Below the pieces are notes generated by a model. The model made no database searches. It worked only from the letters and a program-made list of their open reading frames with translations, and was not told the origin of the DNA. Below are positions 51,246 to 61,572 of a stretch of 64,000 nt of DNA, piece after piece. Source of the DNA: Thainema sp. Its GTDB lineage: Bacteria; Cyanobacteriota; Cyanobacteriia; Phormidesmidales; Phormidesmidaceae. Positions within the stretch are counted from its first letter, which is position 1; every line of letters begins with the position of its first letter. The DNA is taken from contig JBQLZK010000003.1 in NCBI GenBank assembly GCA_052168235.1, forward strand, positions 128,001 to 192,000, in the 5' to 3' direction. The translations under genes were made by a program, and so were the position numbers.

Positions 51246-52844
51246 ATGGCGATCGCAATTGACTTTGGCACCAGCAATACCGTTGTTGCTCGCTTAAATC
51301 CCGTCACCCGAGCTCCGGAAACCATTGCTATTCCCAACCTGAGCGTATCAGTGGGGAATAATCCACCCATCATTCCCAGCCTGCTATATGTCAAAGATGC
51401 CCAGCAGCAACAGGGCGTTGTCGGCCAGCAGGTGCGGGATCAGGGCTTAGATCTCAGCCAAGATCCACGTTTTTTCAGTAATTTCAAACGGGGTATTGGC
51501 AGCAGCGTTCAAGGCTTTTTGCCCATTCTGGATGACCAGGCCATGACGTTTGAAGAAATTGGTCAGTGGTATCTCCAGCAGGTTATTCAGCAAATTCCCG
51601 CCGACTACACGCCGATTGAGTCCCTGATCCTGACGGTGCCCGTTGACAGTTTTGAAACCTATCGCAACTGGCTGGGTCAGCTTTGCCAGTCGCTAGACAT
51701 TAATCAGGTTCGCATCTTGGACGAACCGACGGCAGCAGCGCTTGGATATGGCCTGACGGAACAAAGCACCATTCTAGTAGTTGACCTGGGTGGCGGCACG
51801 CTGGATATGTCCCTGGTGGATTTGGGAGCAGTACAGGGCCAGAATCAGCCACCACTGGGATTTCTGCTCAAATTCGGTCAACGGCAACTGGCAAAAAATT
51901 CTGCCCAAAAAACCAAAACCGCGCGGGTACTGGCTAAAGCGGGACAAAACTTGGGCGGATCGGATATTGATTCCTGGTTGGCTGACTATTTCGCAGAGAC
52001 GCAAGGATTAACCGTCAGTCCACTGACGCTGCGCTTAGTCGAGCGACTCAAGATTCAGCTTTCGTCTCAGACCCAGGCGACCGAGGTTTATTTCAACGAT
52101 GAGACATTGGACAGCTACGAACTGGAGCTGAGTCGCGATCGCTTCGAGCAAATTTTGAGAGACAACGGCTTTTTTGAACGACTAGATGAAACCCTAAGCC
52201 AAACGCTCCAGCAGGCTCAGCGGCAGGGCTACACGCCAGATGACATTGAAGCTGTGGTGCTGGTCGGCGGCACCTCTCGCATTCCAGCAGTCCAAACCTG
52301 GCTGGAATCTCATTTCAAGCCCGAGAAAATTGCCGCTGACAAACCCTTTGAAGCCGTTGCCCACGGCGCACTACAGCTACAAACCAATGTTGAGGTCAAG
52401 GATTTTCTCTATCACAGCTATGGCATTCGCTACTGGAACCGGCGCAATCAGTGTCATGACTGGCACGCCATTGTCTCGCGCGGACAACCCTACCCAATGG
52501 AAAAGCCTGTTGAACTAGTGTTAGGAGCTTCCACTGATAATCAAGCCAGTATCGAGCTCATCATGGGCGAAATTGGTGAGCAGGCCAGTCAGCAAGAGGT
52601 TTTCTTTGACGGCAGTCGCTTAGTGACCCGTGCGATCGCAGCTACACAAACTCAGGTGCAGCCGCTGAATGATAAAGAGGGCGCACGTTCGATTGCTCAA
52701 CTCAATCCACCTGGATTTCCGGGACAGGATCGCATTCGCGTCGAGTTTCGAGTCGATCAGGAGCGATTTCTGCGAATCACAGTCGAGGATTTGCTGACCA
52801 ATGAGTTGCTGCTAACCGATCAGGCCGTGGTGCAGCTCAGCTAG
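51246..52844 (+). CDS. Hsp70-family protein (atypical DnaK-like)
   Basis: IDFGTSNT, DEPTAAALGY, DLGGGTLD, VGGTSRIP. Confidence 0.9.
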   Translation: MAIAIDFGTSNTVVARLNPVTRAPETIAIPNLSVSVGNNPPIIPSLLYVKDAQQQQGVVGQQVRDQGLDLSQDPRFFSNFKRGIGSSVQGFLPILDDQAMTFEEIGQWYLQQVIQQIPADYTPIESLILTVPVDSFETYRNWLGQLCQSLDINQVRILDEPTAAALGYGLTEQSTILVVDLGGGTLDMSLVDLGAVQGQNQPPLGFLLKFGQRQLAKNSAQKTKTARVLAKAGQNLGGSDIDSWLADYFAETQGLTVSPLTLRLVERLKIQLSSQTQATEVYFNDETLDSYELELSRDRFEQILRDNGFFERLDETLSQTLQQAQRQGYTPDDIEAVVLVGGTSRIPAVQTWLESHFKPEKIAADKPFEAVAHGALQLQTNVEVKDFLYHSYGIRYWNRRNQCHDWHAIVSRGQPYPMEKPVELVLGASTDNQASIELIMGEIGEQASQQEVFFDGSRLVTRAIAATQTQVQPLNDKEGARSIAQLNPPGFPGQDRIRVEFRVDQERFLRITVEDLLTNELLLTDQAVVQLS

Positions 52845-52865
52845 AAATCTGTGGAACCGCCCATT

Positions 52866-52893
52866 GTAGGGGCGAATGGCCATTCGCCCCTAC
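52866..52893. repeat. GTAG-type REP, identical to 4579-4606
   Basis: gtaggggcgaatggccattcgcccctac. Confidence 0.9.
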
Positions 52894-52960
52894 CAAGCAT
52901 ATAAAATTGTGACTTTAAAGTTTTCGTTGGCGACGATAGGGTTTATTTTCCCTTACGCTC

Positions 52961-54253
52961 CTACGGTGTATCGGCAGGTTGCATCTCCATGCCGCGCTGT
53001 CGCAGTTGTTCTAAGGTCATTTGCAGCAGTCGATTTTGATTGAGATCGTTGGGATCAATGGCCTGCTCACAAGTTTGGAAAGCCGAAATTGCAGGTTGAA
53101 TCTGATCTTGAAAACCCAAAGCATGAGCGAGAACACAGTGCGCTTCTGGTTGAGTGTCATCAAGTGCGATCGCATCTTGGGCTAAACTTGCCGCCTCGGC
53201 ATACTGCTCTTGCCTAATCCGCGCTTGAGCCAAGTGGGTCAGCAACCCATACCTCACGGGAGCCAGTTCATCGGGGGCAATCTCAATATCGGTGCGCTGC
53301 TGAAGTTTGAATAGCGCATTTAAGCCCTGCTCCAAAACCATAACCGCTGTTTCGGCATCGTCTTGGCGCAGAGCGACCTTACCCAGTTGATTCATCGCCT
53401 GTAGCCACAACACCGGATCGTTGATTTTGGTATCCGGCTGAGCCACCCGCTGGAGCTGAGCCGTTGCTTCTTCGTACTGCTGGAGATCGGTATAGACCAA
53501 ACCGAGTTGAAAATGAGCCGGGGGATAATCAGGCCGAAGTGCGATCGCATGTCGAAATTCTGTGATGGCGCTGTCAAATTGGCCCTGTTCATACTGCTCA
53601 ACACCGCGCCAGGTTACGTACTCCGCAATTCGAGGCAGGGCACTATGGACGGCAGCAACGACAACAAACAGCAGAACGGCCAACAAGCTGCCCATTTCCT
53701 GCCAGTAGTAGGACGGAATTTTCAGCCGCTGGTAAAAGCCATACAGGATTTCTCGGCCTTTTTGGGTCAGCGTTCCGGCAACGGTCAATCCCGCTAATAC
53801 AAATTCGGACAGCACGGCCAGTGCGCCCATCGTGCTGATGCCGCTCTTGAAAAAGCGCATCGTCGTATCCATCCAAATACTGGCGGCAGCGGTCAGAGCC
53901 GCGATGGTAATCGCGTTCCAAAACCAGTCATACTGATTCCACCAGCGCTTTTCAGGTGGCAGTTCCAGATACCACCACCAAGCTTCGGTCGGCGGTTGGA
54001 GTAGGGTTTGCCACTCGGATAAGTCCAACGTATTGACGACCGTAGGTGTCTGCTGCTTCAGTAATTGATCCAATTCGTGAATGCGCAGTAAGGCATCGCT
54101 GGGGATCTCCTGTTCATCCGTGGCTAAATAGTCCTGAATGCGATCGCGCAGCGTCAGCACATCCAGCACGTCTGAAGGCTTCGGCTGAGAAACTGTTTTG
54201 AGATGCTGTAAGGCTTGTCGATATTCGGTGAGTACTGAGGGCAAGTTTTGCAT
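52961..54253 (-). CDS. Membrane-anchored TPR protein
   Basis: N-terminal helical domain ending EAWWWYL, about three TM helices, C-terminal TPRs. Confidence 0.82.
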   Translation of the reverse strand: MQNLPSVLTEYRQALQHLKTVSQPKPSDVLDVLTLRDRIQDYLATDEQEIPSDALLRIHELDQLLKQQTPTVVNTLDLSEWQTLLQPPTEAWWWYLELPPEKRWWNQYDWFWNAITIAALTAAASIWMDTTMRFFKSGISTMGALAVLSEFVLAGLTVAGTLTQKGREILYGFYQRLKIPSYYWQEMGSLLAVLLFVVVAAVHSALPRIAEYVTWRGVEQYEQGQFDSAITEFRHAIALRPDYPPAHFQLGLVYTDLQQYEEATAQLQRVAQPDTKINDPVLWLQAMNQLGKVALRQDDAETAVMVLEQGLNALFKLQQRTDIEIAPDELAPVRYGLLTHLAQARIRQEQYAEAASLAQDAIALDDTQPEAHCVLAHALGFQDQIQPAISAFQTCEQAIDPNDLNQNRLLQMTLEQLRQRGMEMQPADTP

Positions 54254-54399
54254 TGAGGTAATTGCTAAACCAGATTTATCCAGCTAAAAACTGTAGGACA
54301 TTTTTTCTTTCTAGCGATCTTAAAGCAGGTTATAACGAAACTCACGCCATATTCAGTTATCGCCATATCTATAAAATGAGGCACTAAACCAGCAGCCAC

Positions 54400-54490
54400 A
54401 CGCAACACCCCGTCAACCACCCATCTACCACTCTACTCATCCACCCCTTCACCCATCTACTCTCCCACTCCCTTACCTGCCCCCTCCGAC
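54400..54490. repeat. C-rich short tandem repeats (CCACCCAT-like)
   Basis: caaccacccatctaccactctactcatccaccccttcacccatctactctcccactccc. Confidence 0.6.
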
Positions 54491-54579
54491 AACACCTAAT
54501 TCCAACCAAGTCAGCAGGAAAGACAGCCCAAACACACCTGATCCAAGCTATTTTTGTGAAAGTCACAGTTTGAGAAAGT

Positions 54580-55695
54580 ATGCCGCAAACGTTAGTCATC
54601 AAAATTGGCACTTCTAGCCTGACTCGCCCTGAAACCGGGAGTTTGGCTCTATCCACCATTGCGGCACTCGTAGAAACTCTGTGCAGCCTGCGTCAAGCTG
54701 GGCATAACGTTGTGCTGGTGTCGTCCGGAGCAGTCGGTGTCGGCTGTGGACGGTTGGGACTGGCTGAACGTCCTAAGCTGATGGCGCTTAAGCAAGCCGT
54801 GGCCGCAGTTGGGCAGGGACGGCTGATCCGCGTCTACGATGATTTATTTACATCACTCCAGCAGCCGATTGCTCAGATTCTCCTGACCCGTAGCGACTTG
54901 GTGCAGCGGAGTTGCTACGTCAACGCCTACCAAACCTTTCGTCAGCTCTTTCAGTTGGGCGTGATCCCAATCGTGAATGAAAACGATACGGTGGCGGTGG
55001 ACGAACTGAAATTTGGCGACAACGACACGCTATCTGCTCTGGTGGCCAGCATGATTGAAGCGGACTGGCTGTTTTTGCTGACAGATGTAGATCGGCTCTA
55101 TTCCGCTGATCCCCGCCAAAATCCCGATGCTCAGCCAATTGAAACAGTCGATACCATGCAGCAACTGGCTGAACTGGAGATTGAAGTGGGCGATCGCGGA
55201 TCGAACTGGGGCACGGGGGGCATGATTACTAAAATTCAAGCTGCCAGAATTGCCACCAGCGGCGGCGTTCGCACCGTCATCACCGACGGCAGAACGCCCT
55301 ATAATTTAATGCAAATTTTAGACGGTAAGCCACTGGGAACGCAGTTTAAGCCCCAGCCTCGACCAATCAACGCCCGCAAGCGCTGGATTGCCCATCATCT
55401 AGTTCCGGCAGGCAAGCTGTATTTGGATGCGGGAGCCGTTAACGCGATTCAGCAATCTGGGAAATCGCTACTGGCCGCTGGTATTCAAACGGTCGAGGGT
55501 ACCTTTCAAGTTCAAGACGCGGTGCAATTGTGCGATCGCAACGGCCAAGAAATCGCTCGCGGCATCGTCAATTACAACAGCACCGAACTTCAGCAAATTC
55601 GGGGTCGCCACTCGGAAGATATTGCTAAAGTCCTGGGCTACAGCGGTGCAGAAACCGTTGTCCACCGTGACAATTTGGTGCTGATCGACCAGTAA
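54580..55695 (+). CDS. proB: Glutamate 5-kinase
   Basis: [41 protein letters not shown] domain. Confidence 0.97.
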   Translation: MPQTLVIKIGTSSLTRPETGSLALSTIAALVETLCSLRQAGHNVVLVSSGAVGVGCGRLGLAERPKLMALKQAVAAVGQGRLIRVYDDLFTSLQQPIAQILLTRSDLVQRSCYVNAYQTFRQLFQLGVIPIVNENDTVAVDELKFGDNDTLSALVASMIEADWLFLLTDVDRLYSADPRQNPDAQPIETVDTMQQLAELEIEVGDRGSNWGTGGMITKIQAARIATSGGVRTVITDGRTPYNLMQILDGKPLGTQFKPQPRPINARKRWIAHHLVPAGKLYLDAGAVNAIQQSGKSLLAAGIQTVEGTFQVQDAVQLCDRNGQEIARGIVNYNSTELQQIRGRHSEDIAKVLGYSGAETVVHRDNLVLIDQ

Positions 55696-55707
55696 AATTC
55701 ACCCTTC

Positions 55708-55744
55708 AATCAAAAGGGGCTGGTAGTGCCAGCCCCTTTTGATT
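55708..55744. terminator. Bidirectional terminator between proB and gap2
   Basis: aatcaaaaggggctggt-agt-gccagccccttttgatt. Confidence 0.8.
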
Positions 55745-55789
55745 TGTTTTTGATTCGTTATAAATTTGCGATCGCAAACTTACTTGAAC

Positions 55790-56806
55790 TTACTTCCAGT
55801 TCTTGGCAACGACTTCAGCCAAGTCAACAACCCGCTGGCTGTAGCCCCACTCGTTATCGTACCAGCCAACAACCTTCACCATGTCGCCATCCATAACCAT
55901 GGTCAGGCTAGCATCTACAACAGAAGAATAGTTGGTCTTCTTGTAGTCGCTGGAGACCAGTTCCTCTTCGCTGTAGCCCAGGATGCCCTTCATTGGCCCT
56001 TGAGCAGCCTCTTTCAGAACGGCATTTACTTCTTCAGCGATGGTCGGCTTGGAAACCTGAGCCACCAAATCAACAACAGATACGTTTGGAGTTGGAACCC
56101 GTAGCGCAATACCGTTCAGCTTACCCTTCATTTCAGGGATAACCAGAGCAACGGCCTTGGCCGCACCTGTGCTGGTAGGAACGATGTTGATCGCAGCAGC
56201 CCGGGCCCGACGGATATCACGATGGCTAGCATCCAGTAGACGCTGGTCGCCCGTGTAGCTGTGGGTGGTCGTCATGGTGCCCTTGATGATGCCGAACTTG
56301 TCGTTTAGCACCTTGACGATGGGAGCGAGACAGTTGGTTGTACAGCTCGCATTGCTAATCACGTCATACTTGTCGTGGCTGTAGTCATTATCGTTGACAC
56401 CAACCACATAGGTACCCAAGTTTCCTTTACCCGGCGCAGTGATCAGCACCTTCTTGGCACCCGCTTCGATGTGGCGACCTGCGCTTTCATCGGTCCGGAA
56501 AACACCAGTAGATTCAATGATCAGATCGATTTCCCAGTCTTTCCAAGGCAGGTTGTTGGGGTTGCGATCAGACGTGCACTTGATGGTTTTGCCATTGACA
56601 TAAAGGGAATTGTCATCTGCGCTGATGTCAACTCCATCAAGTCGCCCCAGCATAGAGTCATACCGGAGTAAATGGGCGTTCGTCCGGGGATCAGATGTGT
56701 CATTGATGGCTACAATGTCTAGCTGTGTATCATCACCACGAGTCAACCAACAGCGCATGAAATTGCGGCCGATCCGTCCAAAACCATTAATTGCTACTCT
56801 AATCAC
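55790..56806 (-). CDS. gap2: Type I glyceraldehyde-3-phosphate dehydrogenase (NAD(P), Calvin cycle type)
   Basis: [53 protein letters not shown]. Confidence 0.95.
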   Translation of the reverse strand: MIRVAINGFGRIGRNFMRCWLTRGDDTQLDIVAINDTSDPRTNAHLLRYDSMLGRLDGVDISADDNSLYVNGKTIKCTSDRNPNNLPWKDWEIDLIIESTGVFRTDESAGRHIEAGAKKVLITAPGKGNLGTYVVGVNDNDYSHDKYDVISNASCTTNCLAPIVKVLNDKFGIIKGTMTTTHSYTGDQRLLDASHRDIRRARAAAINIVPTSTGAAKAVALVIPEMKGKLNGIALRVPTPNVSVVDLVAQVSKPTIAEEVNAVLKEAAQGPMKGILGYSEEELVSSDYKKTNYSSVVDASLTMVMDGDMVKVVGWYDNEWGYSQRVVDLAEVVAKNWK

Positions 56807-57004
56807 TGCGTCTTAACCCTCTGTAATGCTCAAACAAAATTAATGGACTCAATGACCCTGATCATACACGCTAGTGAGATCTACTCAAAGCCCTATATCA
56901 GAATCCGGATTTGATCTTTGATTAATGACAATTTTTTATGTCTTGCAGCGTACAAAATGTCCGTCCCAGGTTGGATACAAGTTGCGGGACGATACTGTGA
57001 GCGA

Positions 57005-57793
57005 CTATGGGCGTGACGAATAAAGCTGGTGCTGCTGAATGTAGCGTTGGACTGCCAGAGGAAGCCACTGGTCAATTTGTCCATCTTCAATTTGATTTCT
57101 TTGCTGAACTCTGTGACCAGAGGCGTGATGATCGGAGGGATGATCAGGGGATCGTTGCGTTTGATTTTGATATTGTCTGCGGATCACACTAGACGCTGCG
57201 GGGATCGGTCGAAACGAATCGAGATTGAGTAGCTGATAATGGACTCTGCGATCGCAACTCGCAAAATGCGCCACAACCTGCCTACACTGTTCCTCTGCCG
57301 CCTTACTCGTGCTTTCGGATCGCGGTGCAACGACCCATTGACATTGGCTAACCAACTCTTCGCTGCGGTACCACTTGGGTAATGTACAAAATGCATCTAA
57401 GCCTAAAATCCAGTGCCAACGCCCATTCGGTTGGGCCTGTTGCAGGGCGTTTAGCGTCGAGATCGCAAATGACGGTGCAGAACTTTCATGATCCTGAGGC
57501 CTTTGCCAAACCTGTTGGCGCGGCAAAGGTGCGATCGCGGACTGAATCATATTAATCCGATGCTCTAATGATGTAACCTTCGATTTTGCTTTGTGGGGAG
57601 GATGGGGATCAGGCACCCACAGCAGCTGATCGAGATCGGCCTGCTGGATAGCTGCGATCGCCAGCGCTAAATGCCCTTGATGAACCGGATCAAATGTGCC
57701 GCCCAAAATACCAACTGCGGCTGAAGAATCGAAATCGACAGTGCTGGATTGGGCTAGCGACAGATTGGGTAGCTGTGAATCAGAAATAGGCAT
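57005..57793 (-). CDS. nadD: Nicotinate-nucleotide adenylyltransferase
   Basis: GGTFDPVHQGHL, PPHK, ILGLDAF..LPKW, V.RYI..H.LY. Confidence 0.92.
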   Translation of the reverse strand: MPISDSQLPNLSLAQSSTVDFDSSAAVGILGGTFDPVHQGHLALAIAAIQQADLDQLLWVPDPHPPHKAKSKVTSLEHRINMIQSAIAPLPRQQVWQRPQDHESSAPSFAISTLNALQQAQPNGRWHWILGLDAFCTLPKWYRSEELVSQCQWVVAPRSESTSKAAEEQCRQVVAHFASCDRRVHYQLLNLDSFRPIPAASSVIRRQYQNQTQRSPDHPSDHHASGHRVQQRNQIEDGQIDQWLPLAVQRYIQQHQLYSSRP

Positions 57794-58105
57794 GAGGCGG
57801 CTGTAAATTTTCCCATCGAATATGAAATTAATTGAGTTCAGCGATTACCCTATACGCTAAAGCAATTAGCAAAGTTGTTGCGACCATTGAATCTGCTCAT
57901 CCCGCAGCAGTAAATGTTTGCGAATGATTGACAGTTTCCGGATCTCGGAATTATTGTTTGAGCCAATACCGGTTCGCAATCAGTTCGCATTTTGGCACAG
58001 ACTACTGTTGAATTTTCCAGCATTCAGTGGGAAAAATGTTGCTTGAAAGCGATTCTTGGTATGATATCGCGTGATATTGGTGTGGTGTGGTCGTGAGGAG
58101 TTACG

Positions 58106-59695
58106 ATGCTGAACTCTATAGATTTCAGCGGGAGACCGTTCCATTTCATCGGCATCGGTGGAATTGGAATGTCTGCTCTCGCTCATATTTTGGTTAGGTG
58201 GCAACTGCCAGTTTCTGGATCCGATGTGCGTTTGAATCACATCACTCAGCGATTACAAGATGCTGGAGCCCATATTTTTTGGAGCCAAGACGCATCCAAC
58301 CTTAAGTTTTTTCAGTCAAAGTCGATAGCCGCATGGCCTGAACCGCATGCGGCAGAGCAACAAGCAAATGTGCCGCCATCAGTCAGGCAAGATGAGTCAG
58401 CAGGACGCACGGCTACGGCTACCACTTCTGTTGTTGAAGCTCCCAAAGCTGAAGCGGCTGTCCTCCAACTCCCACAGATCATTTGCTCGACTGCCATCAG
58501 CACTCAAAATCCAGAGTATCGAGCGGCAGTCGAATTGGGCTGTCCAATTTTTCATCGCTCTGATCTGCTGGCCGCATTAATCCGCCACTATCACAGTATT
58601 GCGGTTGCCGGAACCCACGGCAAAACGACCACTAGCAGCATCATCGGTTATCTGTTGTTTCAGGCTCAATTAGATCCCACTATCGTGATTGGTGGGGAAG
58701 TAGAGGCTTGGGAAGGCAATGCCCGACTTGGTGATGGAGAACACCTTGTCGCTGAGGCAGATGAATCTGACGGATCGCTTGTGAAGCTATCGGCTGCCAT
58801 CGGCGTAGTCACCAATATTGAACTCGATCACCCCGACCACTATCACAGCCTTGACGATGTGATTGGTACGTTCAAAACCTTTCGCGAAAACTGCCAAACG
58901 CTGGTTGGTTGTGTTGATTGCGACAATGTGCGATCGCACATTCCCCTAGATATTAGTTATAGCTTATCTCCCGAAGCGAAAGCGGACTACACGGCCGATA
59001 ACGTGCAGTACGAAGCCGATGGCACCATCGCCCGCATTTGGGAGCGCGGCCAAATCCTCGGTTCGCTCAAGCTCAAGCTGCTGGGCCGCCACAACTTGAG
59101 TAACGCCCTTGCAGTTATCGCAGTGGGTCGCCATCTTGGTATCGATTTTCCGACCATCAATCAAGCACTGTCCACCTTCCAAGGTGCCCGACGCCGATTT
59201 GAATGTCGGGGCATCCACCACAACATCACCTTTATCGACGACTACGCTCACCATCCCAGTGAAATCAAAGCCACATTAGCTGCTGCTCGGCAGCAAGTCC
59301 AGGCCACGATTCCCCCCTCCTCTAATACTGTTGCTGACACGGCTGAACAGCGGCGAATTATTGCTGTTTTTCAGCCCCATCGCTATAGCCGCACCCGTGC
59401 TTTACTGGATGAATTTGCCAGTGCTTTTACGGATGCGGATAGCGTTGTCTTAACAGACATTTACAGTGCGGGTGAAGTGAATACAACTCACATTACTGGG
59501 GAACATTTAGCAGAGAAAGTCGCTGAGCACCATGCTCAGGTGGCTTATCATGCCCCACTTGAAGGGGTGTATCAATGTTTAACCGAAATTCTCCGTCCAG
59601 GGGATGTGGTTTTATTCTTAGGGGCAGGTAATCTGAACCAGATGATCCCTGACGTGATGGAATACTATGCGGGGCTAGACGCTCAGTCGGTTTGA
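58106..59695 (+). CDS. murC: UDP-N-acetylmuramate--L-alanine ligase
   Basis: HFIGIGGIGMSALA, AGTHGKTTT, EADESDGS, DDYAHHPSE, FQPHRYSR. Confidence 0.97.
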   Translation: MLNSIDFSGRPFHFIGIGGIGMSALAHILVRWQLPVSGSDVRLNHITQRLQDAGAHIFWSQDASNLKFFQSKSIAAWPEPHAAEQQANVPPSVRQDESAGRTATATTSVVEAPKAEAAVLQLPQIICSTAISTQNPEYRAAVELGCPIFHRSDLLAALIRHYHSIAVAGTHGKTTTSSIIGYLLFQAQLDPTIVIGGEVEAWEGNARLGDGEHLVAEADESDGSLVKLSAAIGVVTNIELDHPDHYHSLDDVIGTFKTFRENCQTLVGCVDCDNVRSHIPLDISYSLSPEAKADYTADNVQYEADGTIARIWERGQILGSLKLKLLGRHNLSNALAVIAVGRHLGIDFPTINQALSTFQGARRRFECRGIHHNITFIDDYAHHPSEIKATLAAARQQVQATIPPSSNTVADTAEQRRIIAVFQPHRYSRTRALLDEFASAFTDADSVVLTDIYSAGEVNTTHITGEHLAEKVAEHHAQVAYHAPLEGVYQCLTEILRPGDVVLFLGAGNLNQMIPDVMEYYAGLDAQSV

Positions 59696-59953
59696 GAATC
59701 TGTCATTCAATCCGAATTCAATCCGATGATTTTCTTGATGAAGTCTGGCTAGTTCGATTAACAGGTTAGAAAGCCTTGATTAACAGCAGTCATATTGCCA
59801 ATATCAGTTGTGAATGACAACTGTAGAGGCAGTTTAGGTGACGTGCTGGTTTGCAGATTGGCTCACATTCATAACCTATGAGACATTTGCTACCGCTATC
59901 GAGATTTCTGCTCATCGTCGCGATTTTTCACAGAAGAAGCAGTAATAAATACT

Positions 59954-61009
59954 ATGACACTCTCGTTTAATCCTCCTGATTCTCGTTCGTCTGCCAAATC
60001 GGCTGGCAAATCTCCGACCTCTAGCCCTACTGCATCTAGTCCGATTAACGGTACAGAATCCCGCTTCAGCTCTGCACCAGCGATAACGGCTTCGTCACCT
60101 GCTGCCCCCCATATTCCCGGTACTCATTGTGAACTGCGATCGCAAGTATCGCTGGCGGGGCTCACCTCTTTACGGATTGGGGGGCCAGCCGAATGGTACT
60201 TATCCCCGCGTCGGTTAGACGATGTTCAGGCCGGGATTATCTGGGCCCGTGAACAGCAAATTCCAATCACCTTTTTAGGCGCAGGTTCAAATCTGCTCAT
60301 TAGCGATCGCGGCTTGCCTGGACTGGTGATTGGCATGCGGCACTTACGCGATATTTCGTTTGATCCCGAAACAGGGCAGGTGACCGCTAGCGCTGGAGTT
60401 CCAATTGCGCGGCTGGCTTGGCAAGCCGCTGAGCGCGGCTGGCGAGGGTTGGAGTGGGCCGTTGGCATCCCCGGCACGGTTGGTGGTGCGGTGGTGATGA
60501 ATGCAGGTGCTCACGGTGCTGAAACCGCCAACATCTTGGTGCATACCCATGTCATTCAGCCGGACAATCAAATGACTGTTCTGCTGCCTGACGAATTGGG
60601 CTTCCGCTATCGTACCTCTAGCCTGCAGGGACAGCAGCAGCTTGTCACCCAAGCAACGTTTCAGCTGCGGCCAGGATTTGATCCCCAAGCGGTTCTGAAA
60701 GACACAACGGAGGATCTCAACCAGCGACGCACCGCACAGCCCTATCATTTGCCGAGCTGTGGCAGCGTTTTTCGCAATCCGGGGTCACAAGCCGCTGGCT
60801 GGTTTGTCGAAAAAACAGGGCTGAAAGGATATCAACTGGGCCAAGCACAGGTGGCTCAGCAACACGCCAACTTTATTTTGAATTTGGGCGGCGCAACCGC
60901 TGCTGATGTCTTTCGGCTAATTTCTCATATTCAGGAACAGGTGGAGCAACGCTGGTCTGTACAGCTCAAGCCGGAAGTTAAAATGTTAGGCGATTTCTCC
61001 ATTGCCTAG
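59954..61009 (+). CDS. murB: UDP-N-acetylmuramate dehydrogenase
   Basis: IGGPA, GAGSNLL, GIPGTVGGAVVMNAGA, SCGSVFRNP, HANF. Confidence 0.96.
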   Translation: MTLSFNPPDSRSSAKSAGKSPTSSPTASSPINGTESRFSSAPAITASSPAAPHIPGTHCELRSQVSLAGLTSLRIGGPAEWYLSPRRLDDVQAGIIWAREQQIPITFLGAGSNLLISDRGLPGLVIGMRHLRDISFDPETGQVTASAGVPIARLAWQAAERGWRGLEWAVGIPGTVGGAVVMNAGAHGAETANILVHTHVIQPDNQMTVLLPDELGFRYRTSSLQGQQQLVTQATFQLRPGFDPQAVLKDTTEDLNQRRTAQPYHLPSCGSVFRNPGSQAAGWFVEKTGLKGYQLGQAQVAQQHANFILNLGGATAADVFRLISHIQEQVEQRWSVQLKPEVKMLGDFSIA

Positions 61010-61138
61010 AAACAGTATACGGAAAGCGGTGTACCTACACTAAAGCCGAGAAGGCAGAATTCGACGTGTTGTTCTGAAAGGCTTACTGTAATATTGAGTA
61101 GTTTCGTAATCCGTGGTCACATTTAGAGATAATCACTT

Positions 61139-61483
61139 ATGACAAAAGGGCAAGGATTTGGCTTCGGCATGGGCAAGATGAAAGAACTTGCTGATGCATT
61201 TAAAAAGGCACAGCAGGTTCAAGAAGGTGCCAAGAAGCTGCAAGAAGAACTCGAAATGATGGAGATCGAAGGTGAAGCGGGGGGCGGCCTCGTTAAGGTT
61301 GTGCTCAGCGGCAACCAAGAGCCTCGCAACGTCACGATTTCTCCAGACGCTCTCTCTGAGGGGGCTGAAGTCCTGTCGGATTTAGTTACTGCTGCTATGA
61401 AAGATGCCTATGACAAATCCACGGCAACCATGCGGGAGCGGATGGAAGAATTGACAGGTGGGCTGAATTTACCTGGTCTGTAG
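61139..61483 (+). CDS. ybaB: YbaB/EbfC nucleoid-associated protein
   Basis: [35 protein letters not shown]. Confidence 0.92.
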   Translation: MTKGQGFGFGMGKMKELADAFKKAQQVQEGAKKLQEELEMMEIEGEAGGGLVKVVLSGNQEPRNVTISPDALSEGAEVLSDLVTAAMKDAYDKSTATMRERMEELTGGLNLPGL

Positions 61484-61505
61484 TTGAAATTAGCGGCATA
61501 AAAAC

Positions 61506-61556
61506 TAGCGAGACAAAAGAAGGCCTGGCAGTGCCAGGCCTTCTTTTGTCTCGCTA
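61506..61556. terminator. Long perfect hairpin, bidirectional terminator
   Basis: tagcgagacaaaagaaggcctggc-agt-gccaggccttcttttgtctcgcta. Confidence 0.82.
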
Positions 61557-61572
61557 TTGGTATTGGAGGGGA

